A stretch of 64,000 nt of DNA from Candidatus Omnitrophota bacterium. GTDB lineage: Bacteria; Omnitrophota; Gorgyraeia; Gygaellales; Profunditerraquicolaceae. A model generated the notes under the pieces. That model was given only the letters and a program-made list of their open reading frames with translations. It was not told the origin of the DNA and made no database searches. Within the stretch, counting starts at the first letter, position 1. Each line of letters begins with the position of its first letter. The position numbers and the translations under genes are program-made. Below are positions 1-8,857 of this stretch, piece after piece. The DNA is taken from positions 12,366-76,365 of the forward strand of contig JAQTQJ010000001.1 in NCBI GenBank assembly GCA_028712255.1, in the 5' to 3' direction.

Positions 1-21
1 CGGACAAGGGGAGCTGCAAAC

Positions 22-1023
22 ATGAAGATAACTTATAAAAATGCCGGAGTAGATATAAAAAGCGCAAGCAACTTTAAATCAAAACTAAAGCCTTTAGTGC
101 GTAAATCATTCCGCAAAGAAGTATTAACGGATATTGGAGGTTTTGGTAGTTTTTTTAAATTTGATAAAAATAAATACAAGGATCCGGTTCTGGTTTCATC
201 AAGCGATGGCGTGGGGACAAAGCTTGTAATTGCGAAATTAGCCAACAAGCATGATACCGTGGGCATTGACGCAGTGGCAATGAATGTGAATGATATCCTT
301 TGTACCGGAGCAGAATCATTATTTTTCTTAGATTATGTTGCTTTTACTAAAGTTAAGGAAGGAGTTTTACTAGATGTAGTTAGAGGGATAAATGATGGTT
401 GCGTTGAGGCGGGATGCTCTTTAATCGGCGGAGAGACAGCACAGATGCCCGGGATGTACCGGAAGGGTGAATATGATATTGCCGGTTTCTGTGTGGGGGT
501 TGTAGAGCGGAATAAAATCATTAACGGTGATAATATTGAGGTCGGTGATATAGTAATTGGCATCGCTTCTAGCGGCCTGCATTCTAATGGTTATTCTTTG
601 GTGAGAAAAGTTTTTGGGCCTCTTGAGCTTAAAAGGATGTCCGCCCAACTACTTAAGCCTACGCGAATTTATGTTAAACCCATCCTTGAGCTATTGCGTA
701 CGCATGGTAAGTCGGTACACGGAATCAGCCATATAACGGGTGGCGCATTTTACGATAAGATCAGCCGCATACTGCCAAAAAATATCAATGTGCATATTGA
801 GAAAAATTCCTGGAGGGTACCGGAGATATTCCGCCTTATTCAAAGTAGAGGCAATATCGAAGATAAGGAGATGTATCATACTTTAAACATGGGTATTGGG
901 TTAGTTCTAATTGTTAAACAGATTTCAGCCAGCGTGATAATGAAAAAATTATCCGAGCTAAACTTAAAATCTTGGATTATTGGCAAAGCAGTCAAAGGAA
1001 ATAAATCCGTAGAAATAGTTTAA
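22..1023 (+). CDS. purM: phosphoribosylformylglycinamidine cyclo-ligase (AIR synthetase)
   Basis: N-terminal YKNAGVDI motif, GVGTKL and PurM-type fold over 333 aa. Confidence 0.9.
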   Translation: MKITYKNAGVDIKSASNFKSKLKPLVRKSFRKEVLTDIGGFGSFFKFDKNKYKDPVLVSSSDGVGTKLVIAKLANKHDTVGIDAVAMNVNDILCTGAESLFFLDYVAFTKVKEGVLLDVVRGINDGCVEAGCSLIGGETAQMPGMYRKGEYDIAGFCVGVVERNKIINGDNIEVGDIVIGIASSGLHSNGYSLVRKVFGPLELKRMSAQLLKPTRIYVKPILELLRTHGKSVHGISHITGGAFYDKISRILPKNINVHIEKNSWRVPEIFRLIQSRGNIEDKEMYHTLNMGIGLVLIVKQISASVIMKKLSELNLKSWIIGKAVKGNKSVEIV

Positions 1024-1036
1024 TAGTAATTTCCTA

Positions 1037-1065
1037 GTGACAGTCACAAAAAACGTGACAGTCAC
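1037..1065. promoter_or_regulatory. direct repeat of the 11-bp palindrome GTGACAGTCAC (two copies 18 bp apart) immediately upstream of the SPFH gene RBS; candidate operator
   Basis: seen in sequence: agTGACAGTCACaaaaaacGTGACAGTCACttgatcacaaaGGAGG. Confidence 0.4.
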
Positions 1066-1087
1066 TTGATCACAAAGGAGGAGAGAG

Positions 1088-1957
1088 ATGGGTTTACTAG
1101 GAATGATAATTGTTGCTGTATTCGTAATTTTCTTAATGGGAATTAGAATTGTGCGCCCTACGCACCGCGGGTTAGTGGAAAGGTTTGGTAAGTACAATCG
1201 TTTTGCCAATCCCGGATTTAATTGGGTATTTCCGATAATTGAAGTTATCTATCAGATTAATATCACTGAGCAGATGGTTGATGCTGAGCCGCAGGAAATT
1301 ATTACTAACGATAACTTAAACGCCAAAGTCGATGCTCAGGTATATTTCAAAGTCAAGGCGGATGAAGCCGATGTTAAGAATTGCCAGTATAGCGTAAATA
1401 ACTATCAGTGGCAGATTGTAAATTTAGCGCGTACTACATTGAGAAATATTATCGGCACTTTGACTTTAAAATCCGCAAACAGCGAAAGAGGAAAAATTAA
1501 CGCTGAATTGCATAAAACTCTTTGCGAAGAAACCGCTAGTTGGGGCTTGGAGATTGTAAGGACTGAATTAAAAGAAATTGATCCGCCTAAAGATGTTCAA
1601 GAAACAATGAATAAAGTGGTAAAGGCTGAAAACGAGAAAATCGCGGCAATCGATTACGCTACGGCCACTGAAACCGCTGCTGACGGACAGAAGAGGGCGG
1701 AGATTAAGAAAGCCGAAGGAATTAAGCAGGCGCGCATATTAGAGGCAGAAGGTGAAGCTGCAGCGATTAAGCTAGTTAACGAAGCAGCAGAGCATTATTT
1801 TGTAGGTAATGCGCAGGTGCTACGTAAGCTGGAAGCGGTTGAGAAGTCATTAGTGAATAATGCCAAAATTGTTATCCCGGCAAATACTGAGCTAGTCAAC
1901 GTAATCGGCGAAATGGCCGGCTTTTTACCGATAAAGAATAAAGAAGAGAAGAAATAA
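1088..1957 (+). CDS. SPFH/band-7 (stomatin/prohibitin-like) membrane protein
   Basis: N-terminal TM helix, SPFH-domain-like core and an Ala/Glu-rich coiled-coil tail. Confidence 0.75.
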   Translation: MGLLGMIIVAVFVIFLMGIRIVRPTHRGLVERFGKYNRFANPGFNWVFPIIEVIYQINITEQMVDAEPQEIITNDNLNAKVDAQVYFKVKADEADVKNCQYSVNNYQWQIVNLARTTLRNIIGTLTLKSANSERGKINAELHKTLCEETASWGLEIVRTELKEIDPPKDVQETMNKVVKAENEKIAAIDYATATETAADGQKRAEIKKAEGIKQARILEAEGEAAAIKLVNEAAEHYFVGNAQVLRKLEAVEKSLVNNAKIVIPANTELVNVIGEMAGFLPIKNKEEKK

Positions 1958-1969
1958 TCTGAATAAATT

Positions 1970-2046
1970 CCCCTCCCCTTGTGGGAGGGGCTAGGGGTGG
2001 GGAGATTGAAGAATTCCCCCTTCCTAACCCTCCCCACAAGGGGGAG
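1970..2046. repeat. G/C-homopolymer palindrome made of two mutually inverted hairpins (CCCCTCCCcttgtGGGAGGGG ... CCCTCCCCacaaGGGGGAGGG); four consecutive G-tracts on + strand
   Basis: seen in sequence; strongly atypical composition for this AT-rich genome; intergenic between SPFH and cupin genes. Confidence 0.6.
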
Positions 2047-2057
2047 GGAATAAAACA

Positions 2058-2378
2058 ATGATGAATATTATCGAAGAAGTTGGGAGCCTAAATAATTTGG
2101 TAGATTATCAAGACGGCTCTGTTGTTAGTAAGGAAATTATCAGGAAGGACAAAGGGACAGTTTCGCTTTTTGCTTTTGATAAGGGGCAGGGGTTAAGCGA
2201 GCATACTGCGCCGTTTGACGCGTTAGTTTATATTTTTGATGGTCAGGCAGTAATTACTATTACTGGAAAGCAACATTCTTTAAAAGCAGGGCAGGTTATT
2301 ATTATGCCTGCAAATAAACCGCATTCTTTAAAAGCTATCGAACGCTTCAAGATACTTTTAGTAATGATTAAGGCTTAA
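2058..2378 (+). CDS. cupin domain protein
   Basis: small beta-barrel cupin_2-like pattern (G-x5-H..H...G, PANKPHSL) in 106 aa. Confidence 0.55.
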   Translation: MMNIIEEVGSLNNLVDYQDGSVVSKEIIRKDKGTVSLFAFDKGQGLSEHTAPFDALVYIFDGQAVITITGKQHSLKAGQVIIMPANKPHSLKAIERFKILLVMIKA

Positions 2379-2427
2379 TAAGAGCCTGGAAACAGTTTCC
2401 AAGCTAATCGGGAAATGGGGTAATCTG

Positions 2428-2802
2428 GTGAAAATTTTCAAGTTATGGGGGCCGGTAGTAGTTTGGGCGGGAGCTATTTTTTATTTCTCGAATATTCCTG
2501 ACTTAAAGACAAATCTTGAGTATGATTTTTTCTTAAGAAAACTAGCGCATATTAGCGAATATTTTATTTTAACTTTTTTTCTGTATAGGGCATTTAAGGG
2601 TTCATTCAATATAGATAAACTTGGCCTTTTTATACATCCGGCTGCTTTTTCGTTGATTTATGCTATATTGGATGAGATCCATCAGTATTTTGTTGTGGGT
2701 AGATATTGTTCCTCGGTCGATGTTTTGATTGATAGCATTGGAATCATCGGCTTCTATATTTTTATTAAATTCAAGAAAGGATGCTCATGTTTGACAAAAT
2801 GA
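2428..2802 (+). CDS. VanZ-like family membrane protein (GTG start)
   Basis: KLAHISEYFILTFF and three more hydrophobic helices typical of VanZ-like proteins. Confidence 0.45.
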   Translation: MKIFKLWGPVVVWAGAIFYFSNIPDLKTNLEYDFFLRKLAHISEYFILTFFLYRAFKGSFNIDKLGLFIHPAAFSLIYAILDEIHQYFVVGRYCSSVDVLIDSIGIIGFYIFIKFKKGCSCLTK

Positions 2803-3083
2803 AGGGTTTGTTTGAGATGCAGAAGAAGATGCAGGAGGTAAAGCGGGAATTGGATAACATGAGTTTTGATATTCAAAGCTCGGATGGTGTGGTTAAAATT
2901 ACCATGAATGGCTCTCAGGAAGTAAAAGAGGTCATAATTAAAGATAATCTCGGAGAATCAGAAAAAGGGCGCCTGAATAGTTCATTAAAAGATACCTTTA
3001 ACCGCGCAATCAAGCGTTCGCAGGAAGTGGCGGCACAGAAAATGAAGGATGTTACTGGTTTCAATATACCGGGGCTTACATAA
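2781..3083 (+). CDS. ybaB: nucleoid-associated protein YbaB/EbfC
   Basis: MKGLFEMQKKMQEVKRELD...GSQEVKEVIIKD matches YbaB/EbfC family; true start probably an internal ATG (approx. 2787-2799). Confidence 0.8.
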   Translation: MLMFDKMKGLFEMQKKMQEVKRELDNMSFDIQSSDGVVKITMNGSQEVKEVIIKDNLGESEKGRLNSSLKDTFNRAIKRSQEVAAQKMKDVTGFNIPGLT

Positions 3084-3391
3084 TGTTTATACTGTCTAAT
3101 TTTATATCCGCAGCTGCCAACATCCTGGAAGTTTTGTTAACTATAATATACTGGTTAGTGATTATCCGGGCGTTGGTTAGTTGGGTAAATCCTGATCCGG
3201 GTAATGCTATTGTGCAGTTTCTTTATAAAGTAACCGAGCCGATTTTAGAACCGATAAGAAGGCGCCTGCCTTTAAATTTTAGGTTTGGAATCGACATTTC
3301 TCCCATAATTGTAATTCTTGCGATTATGTTCTTAAAATCATTTTTAATAAAATCACTTTTTGATTTAAGTATGTGGATAAGATTTAAATGA
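3083..3391 (+). CDS. YggT family membrane protein
   Basis: LVIIRALVSWVNPDPGNAIVQFLYKVTEPILEPIRRRLP motif typical of YggT. Confidence 0.7.
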   Translation: MFILSNFISAAANILEVLLTIIYWLVIIRALVSWVNPDPGNAIVQFLYKVTEPILEPIRRRLPLNFRFGIDISPIIVILAIMFLKSFLIKSLFDLSMWIRFK

Positions 3392-4092
3392 TGAAGAAAG
3401 CATTCAAGAATATCTTTTGTGCCGCAGTAATGATTCTGTTTTCGACTGTATTGTTATGGGCAGGAAATTGGGAAAAGCAAGGGGATTACTATTTTCTTAC
3501 CAAAGATAACCGCGATAATTTCAGCCTGCAGGGCGCAGGGCCGAATAAATTTGCCCATAAATATTTGCAATACGATGGAATAAAATTTCTTGTTGCTGGG
3601 CCTGGCGATTGGCAAGATTACGGAAGGCTTAATCTTGAATATGACAATATGTTTAGCCTACCGATACATAGTGGGATAAAGGTTGATGAGGTGCATCTTT
3701 TGGCGGGAGGTAATTATAGTAATAGTTATGAACACGATGCATCAATGCGTTTATATGGAGACAAATATTTTTATGCTGTGCTTATGATAATTTTTATTTA
3801 CGAGGATGGTACTTATAAAGAACAATCTGTTCCGGTTTACTGGGATTGGTTTCACATTGGCCCTGGTACATGGCTTAAGGGTAATGCGCGAATTAAGTCT
3901 CTGGGTGAAAATCCGGTACGTAAAAATTGCAATATGTATCACATTAGTTTTATTAATCCTGCGCCTTCGGCACAGGTAAAGAATATATTGATTACAGATA
4001 GCTGGATAGGGGATCGGCCATTTTCTGATGTTTTTGCGCTGACTTTAAAGTCTTCTGATGAGATAGAAGTAGACAGTACCCCGCGTTTATAG
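3388..4092 (+). CDS. hypothetical secreted protein (signal peptide)
   Basis: N-terminal hydrophobic signal; no recognisable family. Confidence 0.4.
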   Translation: MMKKAFKNIFCAAVMILFSTVLLWAGNWEKQGDYYFLTKDNRDNFSLQGAGPNKFAHKYLQYDGIKFLVAGPGDWQDYGRLNLEYDNMFSLPIHSGIKVDEVHLLAGGNYSNSYEHDASMRLYGDKYFYAVLMIIFIYEDGTYKEQSVPVYWDWFHIGPGTWLKGNARIKSLGENPVRKNCNMYHISFINPAPSAQVKNILITDSWIGDRPFSDVFALTLKSSDEIEVDSTPRL

Positions 4093-4122
4093 CACCCGGC
4101 CCTTAATGGAATTGGGCCGGTG
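4092..4122 (+). terminator. GC hairpin CACCCGGCCC-TTAATGGAATTG-GGCCGGTGT (family with copy at 7542)
   Basis: seen in sequence directly after stop of 3388..4092. Confidence 0.5.
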
Positions 4123-4180
4123 TCCCCTTGTAGGGAGATTTGCGCGGGTGTGCCCTCGTGGGCAAAGAGAGGATAAGTAA

Positions 4181-5455
4181 ATGCGGATTTTAGTAGTAGG
4201 CTCTGGTGGCAGAGAGCATGCGTTAGTCTGGAAGATTAGCCAATCAAAATTAGTGGATAAGATTTTCTGCGCTCCCGGTAATGGCGGGATCAGCCAGCTT
4301 TCCGAATGCATTGATATAAAAGCTGAAGATGTGTTTGGTCTACTTAAATTTGCGCAAAAAGAAAAAATTGATTTGACCGTAGTCGGGCCGGAGGTAGCTT
4401 TATCATTAGGGATTGTCGATGAGTTTGAAAAAGCGCATCTGGCAATTTTTGGTCCAAATAAGTTAGCTGCGAATTTAGAAGCAAGCAAGATTTTTTCTAA
4501 GGAGCTGATGGCAAAATATAAAGTGCCCACAGCTAATTTTAAAATATTCGATAGTGCTGATGAGGCAAAAAAATATATTGAGAAGATCGGCGCGCCTTGC
4601 GTAGTTAAGGCAGATGGATTGGCCGCGGGCAAAGGCGTGGTTGTGGCTAAAACCGTTGATGAGGCAAAAGATGCCGTGACGGCGATGATGCAGGATAAGG
4701 TTTTCGGTGATGCCGGCAAAAGAATAATTATTGAAGAGTGCCTTACAGGCCAAGAAGCATCTATCCTTGTAATTACAGATTCAAAAGAGGTGGTGGCTTT
4801 GGCATCGGCACAGGACCACAAAAGAGTATTTGATAATGACCAAGGGCCTAACACCGGCGGAATGGGCGCTTATTCACCTGCGTCTATAGTTACAGCGGAT
4901 CTTTTTAAAGAGATAATGAAGAAAATAATTTATCCTACCATTGATGGCTTGGCTAAAGAGGGAATAGATTACCGGGGAGTGTTGTACGCCGGAGTAATGT
5001 TGACTAAGGATGGACTAAAAACCTTAGAGTTCAACGTTCGCTTCGGGGACCCTGAAACTGAGGCAATATTACCCAGATTAAAATCAGATTTAGTAGAGGT
5101 AATGTTAGCAACTAGCCAGGGGAAACTTTCAAAAATAAGGACTTTGGAATGGGACAGCCGTGCCTGTGTTTGTGTGGTTTGTGTCAGCGCAGGTTATCCG
5201 GGTAATTATACTAAAGATAAAGAAATCAGCGGGCTTGATCAGGCTGCTAAGTTAGATGACGTAATTGTTTTCCATGCCGGAACCAAGAAAGTCGGAAATA
5301 AAATTGTAACCAGCGGCGGTAGAGTTTTAGGAGTAACCGGTTTAGGCGCCACAATTAAGGATGCCATCAATCGAACGTATGCGGCGGTAGAAAAAATAAA
5401 TTTCGAAGGAATGCATTTTAGAAAAGATATAGGATCTAAAGCAGTAAAATTCTAA
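4181..5455 (+). CDS. purD: phosphoribosylamine--glycine ligase
   Basis: MRILVVGSGGREHAL start, ATP-grasp core; 424 aa. Confidence 0.9.
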   Translation: MRILVVGSGGREHALVWKISQSKLVDKIFCAPGNGGISQLSECIDIKAEDVFGLLKFAQKEKIDLTVVGPEVALSLGIVDEFEKAHLAIFGPNKLAANLEASKIFSKELMAKYKVPTANFKIFDSADEAKKYIEKIGAPCVVKADGLAAGKGVVVAKTVDEAKDAVTAMMQDKVFGDAGKRIIIEECLTGQEASILVITDSKEVVALASAQDHKRVFDNDQGPNTGGMGAYSPASIVTADLFKEIMKKIIYPTIDGLAKEGIDYRGVLYAGVMLTKDGLKTLEFNVRFGDPETEAILPRLKSDLVEVMLATSQGKLSKIRTLEWDSRACVCVVCVSAGYPGNYTKDKEISGLDQAAKLDDVIVFHAGTKKVGNKIVTSGGRVLGVTGLGATIKDAINRTYAAVEKINFEGMHFRKDIGSKAVKF

Positions 5456-5461
5456 GTATCT

Positions 5462-5543
5462 GTGTCATTGCGAGTCCGCCGAAGGCGGACGAAGCAATCT
5501 AATAAAAGATTGCTTCGTCGCTGTCGCTCCTCGCAATGACACC
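5462..5543. repeat. interspersed nested-palindrome element, full copy (GTGTCATTGCGAG-TCCGCCgaagGCGGAC-GAAGCAATCT aataaa AGATTGCTTC-...-CTCGCAATGACAC)
   Basis: seen in sequence; same termini recur at 12 or more other loci in this window. Confidence 0.85.
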
Positions 5544-5562
5544 AGATTTATAGGAGGTTCTT

Positions 5563-6045
5563 ATGAGTAAAATAAGCATAATTATGGGCAGCCAGTCGGA
5601 TCTGGAGACGGTGAATGAAACAATTAAGGTATTAAAAGAATTTAAAGTTGATTTTGAGGCTAAGATTTTATCCGCGCACAGGACGCCTAAAGAGGTGGCC
5701 CAATATGTAGAGGCAGCTCCTGATAAAGGAATAAAAGTTTTTATTGCTGCTGCCGGAATGTCTGCGGCTTTGGCCGGAGTGGTGGCTGCGCATACAATTT
5801 TACCGGTTATTGGTATACCTATTGAAACCAAAAATTTAAAAGGCCTGGATTCACTTTTATCAACCGTGCAGATGCCTCCGGGAATTCCGGTTGCCTGCAT
5901 GGCTATTGGTAAGAGCGGAGCAAAGAACGCGGCACTTTTCGCGTTAGAAATACTTGGCATAAGTGATACTAAAATCCAAGCCAAGCTTCTTAATTACAAA
6001 AAGCAGATGCGCCTTAAAATTAAGCAGACTAAAATCAAATTATGA
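5563..6045 (+). CDS. purE: N5-carboxyaminoimidazole ribonucleotide mutase
   Basis: SIIMGSQSDL...AHRTP...AAGMSAALAGVVAA motifs of PurE. Confidence 0.9.
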   Translation: MSKISIIMGSQSDLETVNETIKVLKEFKVDFEAKILSAHRTPKEVAQYVEAAPDKGIKVFIAAAGMSAALAGVVAAHTILPVIGIPIETKNLKGLDSLLSTVQMPPGIPVACMAIGKSGAKNAALFALEILGISDTKIQAKLLNYKKQMRLKIKQTKIKL

Positions 6046-7103
6046 GCCTGACAAAAGTTATAAAAATCAATCCTGTTTTACTTGATGAGGCGCATATTAA
6101 AGAGGCAGCTAAAGTTATAACTAGTGGCGGATTGGTGATTATCCCTACAGAGACTGTTTATGGAGTTGCTGCTAGCGCTTCAAACAATAATGCGCTGGAT
6201 AGGCTTTATGAAGTTAAGCAGCGGCCTAAGGATAAACCTTTTGCGTTACTAGTTGCGGATAATGAGATGGTAGAGGAGCTTGCCCGGGATATTCCCTTAG
6301 CCGCATATAAACTAATGCGTAAATTTTGGCCGGGGCCGTTGACAATTATATTAAATGCAGTTAAGGGAGGCAAGATTGGGTTACGTATGCCAGATAATCA
6401 GGTTGTTTTAGAGATTATTTATGAAGCCCAGGTTCCGCTGGCATGCCCTTCTGCAAATATCTCTGATCATTCTGCGCCGGTTGATTTTGCGCAGGCAATT
6501 AAAGATTTGGATGGCTTGGTGGATTTAGCCATCGATGCTGGCCAAACGAAATTAGGAGTAGAATCTACGGTAGTTGATTTAACCGTTGAGCCATTAAAGA
6601 TACTGCGAAGCGGTGCGATAAAAGATGACCAGATAATGGCAGCTGTGAAATCCAAAAAAATACTTTTTGTCTGTACCGGCAATTCCTGCCGCTCGGTAAT
6701 GGCCGAAGCGTATTTAAAAAAACTTTTAGCAAAACAGGGCAGGACTGATGTGGAGGTAAGTTCAGCCGGAATGATGGCGCTTGAGGGTATGGGTGCCAGT
6801 GAAGAAACACGTGAGGTACTGGCAAAAGATGGTATAGATGTCAGTGATCATCGCACCAAAAGAGTAACTAAGGAATTAGTTGATGGAGCGGATATTATTT
6901 TGGTGATGGAAAAAATACATGAAGAGAGGATTTTACAGCTTGCGCCAGAGGTTAAAAATAGGCTTTTTTTATTAAAGGAATTTGCTAGAATAAATGACAG
7001 TAACTTGAATATTGCCGACCCAATAGGAGGGTCTTTTGAGTTTTATCAGGAGATTTTCTATACCATTAAAGACGCTGTAGAAAGGATAAGTAAAATTATA
7101 TGA
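6042..7103 (+). CDS. L-threonylcarbamoyladenylate synthase (TsaC/YwlC, Sua5/YrdC domain) fused to a low-molecular-weight protein phosphatase (YwlE-like) domain
   Basis: N-terminal LVIIPTETVYGVAASA (YrdC/Sua5); C-terminal KILFVCTGNSCRSVMAEA (CX5R P-loop of LMW-PTP) and DPIGG. Confidence 0.75.
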   Translation: MSLTKVIKINPVLLDEAHIKEAAKVITSGGLVIIPTETVYGVAASASNNNALDRLYEVKQRPKDKPFALLVADNEMVEELARDIPLAAYKLMRKFWPGPLTIILNAVKGGKIGLRMPDNQVVLEIIYEAQVPLACPSANISDHSAPVDFAQAIKDLDGLVDLAIDAGQTKLGVESTVVDLTVEPLKILRSGAIKDDQIMAAVKSKKILFVCTGNSCRSVMAEAYLKKLLAKQGRTDVEVSSAGMMALEGMGASEETREVLAKDGIDVSDHRTKRVTKELVDGADIILVMEKIHEERILQLAPEVKNRLFLLKEFARINDSNLNIADPIGGSFEFYQEIFYTIKDAVERISKII

Positions 7104-7564
7104 GTAAAATATTAATTGCTTCGGATCATGCCGGGTTTACTTTAAAAGAAAAACTAAAAAATTTTCTTGAGAAAAAAGGAATCGGCGTAAAAGATTTGGG
7201 AACCTATTCCAAAGAGCGTTGCGATTATCCTGTATTTGCGTATGAGCTGGCTAAAGATGTATCCGAGGGTAAATCTACCAGAGGAATACTAATCTGTAAA
7301 AGCGGAATCGGTAATTCTATTGTTGCTAATCGTCTACCGGGTGTGCGCGCTGCGCTTTGCCATAATATTACTATAGCCAGATTAAGTCGGGAGCATAACG
7401 ATAGCAATGTTTTGGTGCTGGGTTCAGCTTTTGTGAAAGCGGATTTGGCAAAGAGGATTATTTCGGCATGGCTTAATACTAAGTTTTTAGGAGGAAGACA
7501 TCTTAAAAGATTAAAATTAATTAACCAGATTGATAAAAACATACGCGTAGACACCCGGCGCTAA
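7100..7564 (+). CDS. rpiB: ribose-5-phosphate isomerase B
   Basis: MSKILIASDHAGFTLKEKLK start, RpiB/LacAB family; follows ywlC/ywlE homologues as in Bacillus. Confidence 0.85.
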   Translation: MSKILIASDHAGFTLKEKLKNFLEKKGIGVKDLGTYSKERCDYPVFAYELAKDVSEGKSTRGILICKSGIGNSIVANRLPGVRAALCHNITIARLSREHNDSNVLVLGSAFVKADLAKRIISAWLNTKFLGGRHLKRLKLINQIDKNIRVDTRR

Positions 7565-7586
7565 GTGGAATTGCGCCGGTGTTGTC
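7542..7586 (+). terminator. GC hairpin CACCCGGCGC-TAAGTGGAATTG-CGCCGGTGT followed by small hairpin TGTCTAggtAGACA
   Basis: seen in sequence, overlapping the stop codon of rpiB; near-identical architecture to 4092-4122. Confidence 0.5.
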
Positions 7587-7601
7587 TAGGTAGACAAGGA
7601 G

Positions 7602-8855
7602 TTGTGCAAAGTGAAACATTTAAAGAAGACAGATCCGCAAGTTTACGCTGCAATCCAAAAAGAAATAAGGCGACAGAATGATAATTTGGAGATGATTGCC
7701 TCGGAGAATTTTACGTCGCTGGCGGTGTTAGAAGCGCAGGGCTCGGTGTTAACCAATAAATATGCCGAAGGATACCCGGGTAAGCGCTGGTACGGAGGAT
7801 GCGAAAACGTTGATATTGTTGAAACTCTAGCAATAGAACGGGCTAAAACAATATTTGGCGCAGAGCATGTAAATGTCCAACCGCATTCCGGCTCACAAGC
7901 CAATATGGCAGTTTATTTTGCGGCGATAAATCCGGGTGACACAGTATTAGCTATGGATCTAGCTGCCGGAGGCCATCTTACTCACGGCCATCCGCATAAT
8001 TTTTCCGGTAGATTTTTTAAGATGGTTGGCTACGGGGTAGATAAGAAAACTGAAGCTTTAGATTATGACGTAATTCAGGAATTAGCCAAAATCCATAAGC
8101 CAAGAATGATTTTAGCAGGCGCATCAGCATATCCCAGGACTATTGATTTTAAAAGATTCCGCCAGATCGCAGATAGCGTCGGGGCGTACCTCTTCGTGGA
8201 TATGGCCCATATCGCAGGCTTAATCGCAGCCGGAATTCATCCGTCACCTGTGCCGTATGCTGAATTTGTAACTTCCACTACACATAAAACTCTACGTGGT
8301 CCGCGCGGAGGTTTTATTTTATGTAAAAAAGAGTTTGCCAAAAAAATTGACAGCCAAATTTTTCCCGGAATTCAAGGTGGGCCTCTAATGCATGTAATTG
8401 CGGCAAAAGCTGTGGCATTTGCCGAAGCCCTAACCCCTGAATTTAAACAATATCAGATTCAGTTGGTTAAAAACTGCGCGGAGCTAGCTAATGCGTTAGA
8501 AAAAAAAGGTTTTCGTATTGTTTCAGGAGGTACGGACACGCATTTGATGCTGGTAGATCTAAACGCCAAAAATACTACCGGAGCAGATGCCTCAAGGATT
8601 TTGGGTGAAGTTAATATTACGGTAAATAAAAACTTGATTCCATTTGATGAAAAAGGCCCGCTAGTTACCAGCGGTATCCGCTTAGGAACTGCGGCGGTAA
8701 GCACGCGTAAAATGAAAGAGAAAGAAATGCAGAAAATTGCCTCTTTAATCAATGATGCCTTAGAAAATCAAACAGACCTGCAAAAATTAGCGCAGATTAA
8801 AAAAGAGACCATTGCCTTAACCAAGAAATTTCCATTATATCCGGAGCTGTTATAA
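7602..8855 (+). CDS. glyA: serine hydroxymethyltransferase
   Basis: [24 protein letters not shown] and [12 protein letters not shown] signatures. Confidence 0.95.
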   Translation: MCKVKHLKKTDPQVYAAIQKEIRRQNDNLEMIASENFTSLAVLEAQGSVLTNKYAEGYPGKRWYGGCENVDIVETLAIERAKTIFGAEHVNVQPHSGSQANMAVYFAAINPGDTVLAMDLAAGGHLTHGHPHNFSGRFFKMVGYGVDKKTEALDYDVIQELAKIHKPRMILAGASAYPRTIDFKRFRQIADSVGAYLFVDMAHIAGLIAAGIHPSPVPYAEFVTSTTHKTLRGPRGGFILCKKEFAKKIDSQIFPGIQGGPLMHVIAAKAVAFAEALTPEFKQYQIQLVKNCAELANALEKKGFRIVSGGTDTHLMLVDLNAKNTTGADASRILGEVNITVNKNLIPFDEKGPLVTSGIRLGTAAVSTRKMKEKEMQKIASLINDALENQTDLQKLAQIKKETIALTKKFPLYPELL

Positions 8856-8857
8856 AG

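Noticed and set aside
4087-4854. 255-aa minus-strand ORF fully inside purD
   Set aside because: Antisense to a confidently identified, well-conserved gene. Ser/Ala-rich low-complexity translation typical of reverse-strand reading of a coding region.
5499-5984. 161-aa minus-strand ORF overlapping purE and a repeat copy
   Set aside because: Antisense shadow ORF of purE; no RBS; part of it is the palindromic repeat.
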